Source: Okeania sp.
Lineage (GTDB): Bacteria; Cyanobacteriota; Cyanobacteriia; Cyanobacteriales; Microcoleaceae
Length of the DNA stretch: 15,541 bases
Reading direction: 5' to 3'
NCBI RefSeq assembly: GCF_035285525.1
Contig: NZ_JAYKGW010000250.1
Coordinates: forward strand, 1-15,541
Shown: piece by piece, positions 7,372-14,793 of the stretch
Layout: every line of letters begins with the position of its first letter
Numbering within the stretch: position 1 is the first letter of the stretch
Position numbers and translations under genes: made by a program
The notes under the pieces: generated by a model
What the model saw: only the letters and a program-made list of their open reading frames with translations
Told to the model about the DNA's origin: nothing
Database searches by the model: none

Positions 7372-7491
7372 ATCAGGACTAAAGCCATGAACGCTATTAT
7401 TAGGTTGTGTTTTCGGCGCTTGAGGCGACATGAAAAGCGTACTTCGTAACGCACCGACACACTATCTATAGTACCTTTGCATAAGTCCTGA
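7372..7491. mobile_element. MITE-like element, ATCAGGACTnAnGC terminal-inverted-repeat family (degenerate copy)
   Basis: The left end ATCAGGACTAAAGC (7372-7385) and right end GCATAAGTCCTGA (7479-7491) are imperfect inverted repeats. The interior contains GCGACATGAAAAGC, which is shared with the 2829 and 11293 hairpin units. Confidence 0.5.
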
Positions 7492-7591
7492 CCAATTTGA
7501 AAAAATAATGTTACAAATAGTTTCAAACTTTAGATGTCGAATAATTTGCTGAAGTTATTGAAGCATCAAAGTTTTGAGCTATAAAATCATA

Positions 7592-7741
7592 ATCAGGACT
7601 TACGCATAATCGACGAGTTTTGGTCATTTGAGATTGCTATCCTGACGGACTGCAACCCATTCATGTCGCGACTCGAAACGCTGTCGCTGGCGCTGCGAGT
7701 CGCGCCATGACAGAAATGCGTTGTGTTGCGTAAGTCCTGAT
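7592..7741. mobile_element. 150-bp MITE-like element with perfect 15-bp terminal inverted repeats
   Basis: ATCAGGACTTACGCA (7592-7606) is the exact reverse complement of TGCGTAAGTCCTGAT (7727-7741). An internal second hairpin pairs CATGTCGCGACTCG with CGAGTCGCGCCATG (1 mismatch). No transposase is present. The 69-aa ORF 7593..7802 lies over this element. Confidence 0.65.
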
Positions 7742-7931
7742 CAGGCATTAATTTTGAATGCATGAATTCTATTCCGTGAAACGGTAGAAAACACTCTACC
7801 AATAGAGTTCATGCTTCTCACAATGGATGAGGATGGTGAGGTACACTTAACACCTACTGCAGTTCAGCCTTCCTTTGCTGTAACATCCTGGAAGATTGTG
7901 TTAATAAAATTACTAAATAAAATTTTGTACC

Positions 7932-8642
7932 TCACGCGCCTCCAAAATTGCTATAAGTTTTATGAGTATTCAAACAATATTCAATCCACACCTGTTTAAT
8001 TATATTTTCACCCGCTTCAGATAAGAAGAAATTGCGCCGCATCTCTTCTAGTCCTAATTCAATAAACTCAGCAAGTTCTTTTTCTGATAAAGGCCAAGGA
8101 GGACCATCAGGTAGAGAATTATAATCCCGTATTCGAGTAATCACTAACAGTGTACCACCATTTGCCACTAAAGGAGCAATACAATTGATAACTTGCGATC
8201 GCATCTCTATTGGTAAAGCTTGAATAGTCCGGGACTCTACCACCAAGTCAAATTTACGATACCATCCAGAATCTAATTCTAAAAGATCGGCAACTAAATA
8301 ATTAACTGAAGAATCAGGAAATCTTTTTTGACACCAGGCGATCGCCTGAGTCGAAATATCAAAAGCTGTCACCTGAAAACCCAAATTTGCTAAAGCTTCT
8401 GCATCATCACCCAAACCACACCCGATGACTAAAGCGGTATGACCTTTTCCTTGCGGTTGAGAAATATCTAACCATTCTTGTAGATAAGGATGTGTGGTTA
8501 ATCGCGCCCAAGGTATTTTTGTAGCATCGCCCTCCGCTTCAGAATACAAAATATCAAACCATGCAGTGGGATTGGTTTTTTGTGATTCGGTTGCTAACTT
8601 CTTTACTTTTTCTTGAATAGCTTCTGGTTGTTTTTCCAACAT
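7932..8642 (-). CDS. Class I SAM-dependent methyltransferase (thiopurine/halide S-methyltransferase-like)
   Basis: Motif I and post-I: ALVIGCGLGDDAEALANLGFQVTAFDIS. The N-terminal W...PW...P.L pattern (WFDILYSEAEGDATKIPWARLTTHPYLQEWL) resembles the TPMT family. Later motifs are FDLVVESRTIQAL and GGTLLVIT. The substrate cannot be inferred. Confidence 0.8.
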   Translation of the reverse strand: MLEKQPEAIQEKVKKLATESQKTNPTAWFDILYSEAEGDATKIPWARLTTHPYLQEWLDISQPQGKGHTALVIGCGLGDDAEALANLGFQVTAFDISTQAIAWCQKRFPDSSVNYLVADLLELDSGWYRKFDLVVESRTIQALPIEMRSQVINCIAPLVANGGTLLVITRIRDYNSLPDGPPWPLSEKELAEFIELGLEEMRRNFFLSEAGENIIKQVWIEYCLNTHKTYSNFGGA

Positions 8643-8998
8643 TATGCTTTTGTCTAATTTTTCAGTCTTAATTTTACTTCAGTGGAGCAAAAAAACTTAT
8701 GTTAAGAAAAGCCACTAACTTTAACATTTCCACATATAATATTAGTGGTTTTGCGGAAATCTTGATAATAATAATTAACACTTTTATTCTGACTTCTAAC
8801 TTACTGTAAGTACCCAATTTGTAACCTTTCCTACCTGACTCCTAGTAATAGCCTAGTCATTTGTTACAAATATTTACCAAATTAGTGCGATAAAAAACTT
8901 AAAAAATGTACTTTTAATCACCAGATTGGGTATTATATATGATAATATAACATACGAATAATTACGCACAATATAATATAAAGTTGAAAATTTGTCCC

Positions 8999-9196
8999 AT
9001 GCTTCAAGTTAATTTACTCCCTGGTGCAATCAATGAGATTATGGCTTCTGTAGCCAACAGTTCTCTCCTTACCCAATCAGATCGTTATGGCCTCATGGCT
9101 GCTATATTAGATGAATCAATTACAGAAGAAGAACGCCGTTCTGTGGACAGGTTGTTACGTTCTGTACTTCGAGGCAGAATAAAAGTATTAAGCTGA
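8999..9196 (+). CDS. Small conserved cyanobacterial hypothetical protein (about 65 aa)
   Basis: The ORF is open from TTG 8984, with ATG candidates at 8999 and 9041. The sequence ...SDRYGLMAAILDESITEEERRSVDRLLRSVLRGRIKV resembles small proteins I recall from other cyanobacterial genomes. I recognise no functional motif. The start is uncertain. Confidence 0.5.
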   Translation: MLQVNLLPGAINEIMASVANSSLLTQSDRYGLMAAILDESITEEERRSVDRLLRSVLRGRIKVLS

Positions 9197-9841
9197 TTTT
9201 AGAGAATTTTGTAGTGTAAATTATTGGTCTTTTTCTGTAAGATAAACAACTGCCAGTTTAGGTACAACAGCCAAAATAATTAACTTCCTGATAGATAAAA
9301 ATTGAATACTTGTTTATTTGTAGAAATTTAGATGCTTTCCTGATACAGTTCCATAATAAAAATAGGTTTGGTCAATCAACCTATGGAACCTAAATTGGAA
9401 AAATATAAAATTATTTTCAGTTAATACAAAGACTGATACACAAAATGAAATTAGACACAATTTATAGGGGTTAACTACTGTTAACCCCTATTGCATTTAA
9501 TAGTTGAGTTGAGTTGGCTGAAAAAAACTTATGGTGGTTCGTGTGGTTCGTGTGGGGAGAGGAAAAGTAGGAAAAATTTATACCTTTGCGACTAATAACT
9601 GTCACGCAACAGACTTTTAATCTCGGTAACTATTGTAGAAAGAATAATTCTTCCTTCAAAAGTAGGAAAACAGGAGGTTTGGGTTGGGAATTAGTGATCG
9701 CTCAACTAATTGTTCATACTTAATAATGGTGATATCCTTGTTACCAGAATTGTTGGTAAAGGTTAAACTTTGCAGGTAAAACTACCGTTTTTGGGATTGA
9801 TGCTTAATATTTTCTGCGTTCTAAGTGTATAAGCAAAATTA

Positions 9842-9938
9842 ATCAGGACTTAAGCAACTGCAAGGTATTTTCGTCCGATACGACCGCAGGGAAGCAATCT
9901 CAAACCCCTATTTTTCGTACCTCATGCGCAAGTCCTAT
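9842..9938. mobile_element. Third, shorter member of the ATCAGGACTTAnGCA inverted-repeat family
   Basis: The left end ATCAGGACTTAAGCA (9842-9856) and right end TGCGCAAGTCCT (9925-9936) are inverted repeats with 2 mismatches. Confidence 0.5.
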
Positions 9939-9960
9939 TAATTACATATTTTTTGGACTT

Positions 9961-10086
9961 CCTACTCTCCCTTCCCTACTCTCCCTTCCCTATTCCCTAT
10001 TCCCTACTCTCCCTTCTCTATTCCCTACTCTCCCTTCCCTATTCCCTATTCCCTACTCTCCCTTCCCTATTCCCTGTTCCCTCTTT
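9961..10086. repeat. STRR-like heptamer array, 18 units (CCTACTC / TCCCTTC / CCTATTC)
   Basis: Read directly: 126 bp of uninterrupted 7-bp periodicity, pyrimidine-only apart from single A or G positions. It lies immediately downstream (minus sense) of the glycosyltransferase stop at 10116. Confidence 0.95.
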
Positions 10087-10115
10087 CAACTAAGAAATTA
10101 ATTTTGCACGACTAC

Positions 10116-11006
10116 TTATATAAAACGAATAAACCAACGCTCCTTAAAACTTACACCAGCAAATGCTTCATATTCTACCAAACTTCTCACATTTCCCAAC
10201 CCATAAATACCAAAATCTTTAGTTGCAGTTTCCATTCCCAAAATCTGACGAAAACGAGACTCAGACACCTGATTTTGCACCCACCAATCTTTATGATCTT
10301 CCCAATGTACAACCCGTTTTTTACCAGTATTATAAAAATGCCAACAAACACTCAAATTAGGATGATAAATATCCCATCCTCTTGTCCAAGCTTTGGCAGC
10401 AAATAAAACCTCTTCTCCAGTAAAATAAATATCAGGATCGTAGGGTACTTCTTCAATAATTTTTCCCTCAGCAAAAATAAATCCAGCAGCAACAAAAGCT
10501 CCTGGTTGGGGAGTGCTGCATTTACTCAGATCGCCTACTCCTTTTAATGTTAAAGTACCAGCAGTTCCAAACTTACTTGCTTCTAACCGACTTGGTGTTT
10601 TCCCAACTAATTTTCTAGGAGGTGTGTAAGCAGGGGGATAGGTACTCAACAGCGGTTTGTCACTGGGGCAGATTTTCAGCATTTTAATGAGTTCCACATC
10701 CCACCCAGGCAAAAACCTGATATGAGCATCTATCTGTAGAGTATATCTTTCTTGTCGCCATAATTTTTGAACCAAAGACCTCGCCCAACCTACACCACAA
10801 GATTGAGAAGCTGTAACCGCAATAATTCGACAATTTTTTATATCCTTAAGTTGATTAATATAGTTCATTTCTTCATCTGTACCATACTGCCAACAAATAC
10901 CAAAACTGAGAAGTTCAGGATGAGTAGCATGAGCGATCGCTTCTTTAACAGTAGGCACTAACTCTAAATCGCGATAGGCAACAATTTGAATAAAAATGCT
11001 ATCCAT
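10116..11006 (-). CDS. GT-A-type glycosyltransferase, GlcNAc-transferase-like family
   Basis: The N-terminus IFIQIVAYRDLELVPTVKEAIAHATHPELLSFGICWQ matches the 'IFVsIasYRDpeC..Tl' opening I recall for the Glycosyltransferase (GlcNAc) family. A DxH metal motif occurs in TLQIDAHIRF. The start and stop are clean. Confidence 0.7.
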   Translation of the reverse strand: MDSIFIQIVAYRDLELVPTVKEAIAHATHPELLSFGICWQYGTDEEMNYINQLKDIKNCRIIAVTASQSCGVGWARSLVQKLWRQERYTLQIDAHIRFLPGWDVELIKMLKICPSDKPLLSTYPPAYTPPRKLVGKTPSRLEASKFGTAGTLTLKGVGDLSKCSTPQPGAFVAAGFIFAEGKIIEEVPYDPDIYFTGEEVLFAAKAWTRGWDIYHPNLSVCWHFYNTGKKRVVHWEDHKDWWVQNQVSESRFRQILGMETATKDFGIYGLGNVRSLVEYEAFAGVSFKERWFIRFI

Positions 11007-11101
11007 AAAATATTTCTTGAGTAATGTATCTAAATTCTCAAATACTGCTGATCTTCACAAACATCCGTAAAATTATCAAGGCAGGGAGTAGGGAGTCGTT
11101 T

Positions 11102-11124
11102 CAGTTATCAGTTATCAGTTATCA
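11102..11124. repeat. STRR-like heptamer array (CAGTTAT x3)
   Basis: Read directly. It is adjacent to GGGAGTAGGGAGTCG (11084-11098). Confidence 0.8.
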
Positions 11125-11292
11125 TTGAACCTCCAACTTTGAAATACTGAGTTATAGCAACTGCCTTAGCAGTTAGGACGTATCAAAAGCCTAAAACCTA
11201 GACAAAGCCAGATTTTTCCTTCTGCCTTCTGCTATAAATATTTTTTCATCCTCTGGTTCGGGGAGGCTTTATACCTCATTTTTTGGTAAGGA

Positions 11293-11347
11293 GTAGGGAC
11301 GTTTCGCTGCGCGACATGAAACGCATTTTTGTTATGCAACGTCCCTA
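11293..11347. repeat. Dispersed hairpin element GTAGGGACGTTTCGCTGCGCGACATGAAACGCATTTTTGTTATGCAACGTCCCTA
   Basis: It is nearly identical to 2829-2884. The ends GTAGGGACGT and ACGTCCCTA form a 9-10-bp stem. It lies about 150 bp downstream of the DndB-like gene. Confidence 0.8.
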
Positions 11348-11497
11348 ATAGCTTTTTGATTTTTCAGGAACCGTGCTTTCTAGACTGAAAATATGGTACT
11401 TTTTAGACTTAGAAAATGCTAAAAAATTTATCTGTAAAGGCTTTAAAATTTAATCAGCAAGCCCTAATTATTAATTATTAATTATCAATTATTCATC

Positions 11498-13105
11498 CTA
11501 ATTTCCAGGCAAAATTTCTGGCAATCCTACCTTTTTTAATTCCACAAATTTACCCTGAAAATCTACAGCTTGCTCTTCTCCAACTCGCCTTGCTTCTGCC
11601 AACTCTCGACGAATTTCTGCTCGTTCCATTTTGTCAGAAATTCCACCTAATATATAGATAAATAATCTCATTGCTAAATTTCTACCAGCTACGGACATTC
11701 GCTTCCGATTAAAATCATATAAAACTCCATACCAAATTGAGTCAGGAAATTCTATTCCACTTAAACCACCATCTACATCATACTTATTTAATTTATCAAA
11801 AACCTCCTCTAAAGAAAAGCCTTTTTTATATATTAAATTTCCTATAGCTTCCGCAAAAGCAATTTGTCCGACGGGGCGAAATAAAACATGACCTTCTCCT
11901 GGTTTTGTCTCAAAACTAAATCTTCTTAATTCTGGAGTTTCAGTACCATTTTCTAATCTTGAATAACTAGGTAATTTAGCTAAATAATTCCAAAATTCCA
12001 TAAATTCTTTCACCCCCTTTTCTAATTCTTCTTCTTCAGGACGCATGGGAATTAAACCTTTATCTGAGGGTTTCCAATAGGGATAATGAAGTTTTAAATA
12101 TCTTTCGGACATTTCTTGTAATGCTTGCAGAGTTGTTAGAACGGTAGATTTAGCTGCTACGGTTGCACTATCCCAATTTACTCTGGGATTTCTATCATCT
12201 TTATCTTTTAAAATAGGATGATAAATTGCTATTTTTCTGGCGACAATAGCAAATCCATCATCCTCATTTAATAATGCTAATTGCCCTTTACTTAGTTTTA
12301 CTGCGGTTAAATTTACATGAGCAAAAACTGACCTTACTCTTCGTCGCGCTTGTTCTCTTGTTTCGCCTTTTACTACTGCTGGAATAAATTCTATGCCTAT
12401 TTGTTCGTATGCTAATTTTTGGATTTCTGGTAATTCAAGATGATTAATTTCGGTTAAATCATCAATAGTAATTGGTTCGCCTACTGGTTTCTTTTGTTTG
12501 TTGTATCTTGGTAATCTACCAGTTTTTATTAGTTCCATTAATCCTTGGATTCCCATCAGTCGATGTTGACCGTCTAAGGCGAATACTGCTACTTCTAAAC
12601 GTAGGTCTAATAATCCTACTTTTCCTTCTGAATCTAATGGTAAAAAGTCAGTTGCGGATTTATTTGCTTCACCTTTTTTATTCCATTCTTCTGCTTTGGG
12701 ATTATCTACCCAACTAGGGCTGATTACTGCTAATACTGCGGGAAATTTATGGGATTTTCTGGTTGCTAAATATAGGGTTAATGGAGTTTGACGAGACCAG
12801 TCTAGAGGTCGTTGTTGAATTTCGTCTATTGTTTCTCCATCTCGAATTATGTTGTCGGTTTCTATGTCAAATTTTTGCCGAAATAATGGTAGTTGGGAAG
12901 CAAAACGTACACGACTATCTAACCATTCTAATGTGACGGAACCGATGTAAGCTTCTGTGTTTCCCATCATGGTTTTTTGTACTAATAATCTATCGTCTTT
13001 ACCTATATGTTTGTTTAAGAGAATGGCGATCGCTTCTCTTTCTCGATTATCATTTTCTAAAATTTCTTTTGCTATTTCTGATGTGGTTTTATTGGCGTTT
13101 TTCAT
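11498..13105 (-). CDS. dndB: DGQHR-domain protein, DndB-like (DNA phosphorothioation-associated), unusually long at 535 aa
   Basis: It contains the eponymous motif VAVFALDGQHRLMGIQGL. It also has an upstream QQRPLDWSR...LYL element and a downstream VFAHVNLTAVKLSKGQLALLNEDDGFAIVARKI element, both typical of the DGQHR/DndB (ParB-like fold) family. It is divergent from a dndC-containing transcription unit. Confidence 0.8.
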   Translation of the reverse strand: MKNANKTTSEIAKEILENDNREREAIAILLNKHIGKDDRLLVQKTMMGNTEAYIGSVTLEWLDSRVRFASQLPLFRQKFDIETDNIIRDGETIDEIQQRPLDWSRQTPLTLYLATRKSHKFPAVLAVISPSWVDNPKAEEWNKKGEANKSATDFLPLDSEGKVGLLDLRLEVAVFALDGQHRLMGIQGLMELIKTGRLPRYNKQKKPVGEPITIDDLTEINHLELPEIQKLAYEQIGIEFIPAVVKGETREQARRRVRSVFAHVNLTAVKLSKGQLALLNEDDGFAIVARKIAIYHPILKDKDDRNPRVNWDSATVAAKSTVLTTLQALQEMSERYLKLHYPYWKPSDKGLIPMRPEEEELEKGVKEFMEFWNYLAKLPSYSRLENGTETPELRRFSFETKPGEGHVLFRPVGQIAFAEAIGNLIYKKGFSLEEVFDKLNKYDVDGGLSGIEFPDSIWYGVLYDFNRKRMSVAGRNLAMRLFIYILGGISDKMERAEIRRELAEARRVGEEQAVDFQGKFVELKKVGLPEILPGN

Positions 13106-13764
13106 GGCTGATTCTGGAAAATATTTTTAACGACTTTTGAAAATTAATAAATATATAAATTTTTGTTAACAAAAGTTTTTAAAAATTGTTTAGTTAGTAT
13201 AATTGTTAATTGTAGGTTATTTTTTATCATATACTATTTATTATGTCAAGACTAAGTAATGAAAAATGAGGGATGAATATTGATATCTTTTTTTAGCATC
13301 AAAGTAATAAATATTGAGCAATCAATAGTATAAGCATTTAGCAGTCAGCTATTTATTTTAGTTTGAGAGAAAAAGCTTTATTAGTTGAAGTAAATTGAAT
13401 TTTACTATCAAAGTATTTCCTGGGGAATGCGCTCGTATTCAGTATTTAGCTTTGAAACTTAATAACTTACTAAAGTTAGCTAATAGTCTTTTTCTTTCCT
13501 GCGGAATCTAGGCAAACATAAATTTTAATTGTCTTTAGAGAATAATTTATCCTTTCTGTTAATAACTCAAAGCTGTATTAACAGAGTTCCTCTGAAAGAA
13601 GCTAGGTAATTAATTTTATAATTTTCAAAAGGAGGAATCAGAATGGTTATGGTAAATTTAATTTTAGTAGTTATTTAAGATTAAATCTGGCATACATATT
13701 CAGTTAATCTGCTGATTTATGACAAATAAATAGTGAAATATAGATGTTTTGCCTAGTGTTATAA

Positions 13765-14749
13765 ATGAGTAAAAATCAAGAATCAAACAGGGAAAAAAAT
13801 TTAGCATACTACTGTCAACGTTTTAGCGAACTTAAGACAAATAAAGATAAAAAATTAGGTACTGCCAAACACAAACCTATTTTACTTTTATCTGTAATTG
13901 ACTTAATTTCGGAAGGTTTAATTCAAAATAATCAGATAACTGTTTCAGAAGAATTGATTAATACTTTCAATAAAAATTGGAAAATACTATATTCTGGTTC
14001 TTATAAAAGTGGTTTGTACTATCCCTTTTATCATTTGCAGAATGACGGTTTTTGGAATGTAAAATTCAACTCTGACTTTGTTAATACTTTGCCAGTAAAG
14101 AAAAATTACAAAAGAACACCGACCAGAATCACTAAAGAAACTTAAAGAAGTAGTTGACTATGGCAGCTTTGATGTGGAATTATTTGAACTACTGGCAGAT
14201 AAAAATTATAGAAAAGAATTAACAGATGTACTAATTGCAACTTGGTTCTCAGTCAACCAAAAAGATACTCAAAAACTCATTACAATTAATCAAAAATTTC
14301 ATGGAAATGATAAGCAAGAAGAACAACAAAAACATCCTAAATTATATTTCAGAAAATCTGTACTAAGAGATGCTGTTTTTCGTAAAGCAGTTGTGCATAG
14401 CTATAACTATAAATGTGCTTTTTGTGGAATCAAAGTTACTATGTCAATTGAGCAAAATATTGTAGATGGAGCGCATATAAAACCATTTGCTAAATTTTAT
14501 GACAATAGAATAGATAACGGCATATCACTTTGTAAAAATCATCATTGGGCATTCGATAAAGGTTTATTTACAATCTCTGATGATGATGATTATAAAATTA
14601 TCGTTTCCAATAACTTTCAAGAAGAATCACCAAATTCTAAACCAATGAAAGAATTTGATGGTAATCGACTTTGGTTGCCTGGAGAAAAAAAATTTTTTCC
14701 TAGAATAGAAGCCTTAAAATGGCATCACAATAATGTATTTATATCATAA
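13765..14749 (+). pseudogene. HNH endonuclease (HNH_2-type) with an N-terminal HKP...YYPF..LQNDGFW DNA-reader domain (candidate sulfur-binding, ScoMcrA-like), interrupted by a +1 frameshift
   Basis: Two adjacent ORFs make up this gene: 13765..14145 (126 aa, reader domain) and 14174..14749 (191 aa, HNH). The HNH motif is CAFCGIKV...VDGAHIKPF...NGISLCKNHHWAFDKGLFTI. The second frame is already open from 14099 and reads RKITKEHRPESLKKLKEVVDYGSFDVELFELL..., running straight into the listed GTG start. Removing one A from the A5 run at 14101-14105 fuses both ORFs into one protein of about 327 aa. Confidence 0.75.
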
Positions 14750-14793
14750 TCATAGAAAATAAATTTGACTAATATTTGAGGATATTTATAAAT

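Noticed and set aside
7317-7999. ORFs 7317..7526 (-), 7593..7802 (-) and 7811..7999 (+)
   Set aside because: The first two are laid over the inverted-repeat (MITE-like) elements. The third runs into the 3' end of the methyltransferase gene on the opposite strand. None has coding-like composition or motifs.
8820-8835. NtcA-box-like TGTA-N8-TACC, inside a 9-bp inverted repeat (ATTTGTAAC...GTTACAAAT, 8817-8870), between the methyltransferase gene and the small ORF
   Set aside because: GTA-N8-TAC is expected several times by chance in 15 kb of AT-rich DNA. No clearly positioned -10 box or known nitrogen-regulated gene supports it. I noted it only as a possibility.
10104-10961. ORFs 10104..10406 (+) and 10767..10961 (+)
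   Set aside because: They are antisense to the glycosyltransferase gene, and their translations are low-complexity.
12472-12717. ORF 12472..12717 (+)
   Set aside because: It is antisense within the DGQHR/DndB-like gene. Its Leu/Ile/Val-rich product is typical of antisense AT-rich coding DNA.
14174-14749. Treating the 191-aa HNH ORF as an independent gene starting at GTG 14174
   Set aside because: The frame is open for 25 more codons upstream with sensible sequence (…SLKKLKEVVDYGSFD), no RBS precedes the GTG, and the upstream ORF supplies the expected N-terminal domain. A single frameshifted gene explains this better. Residual expression of a stand-alone HNH fragment cannot be excluded.
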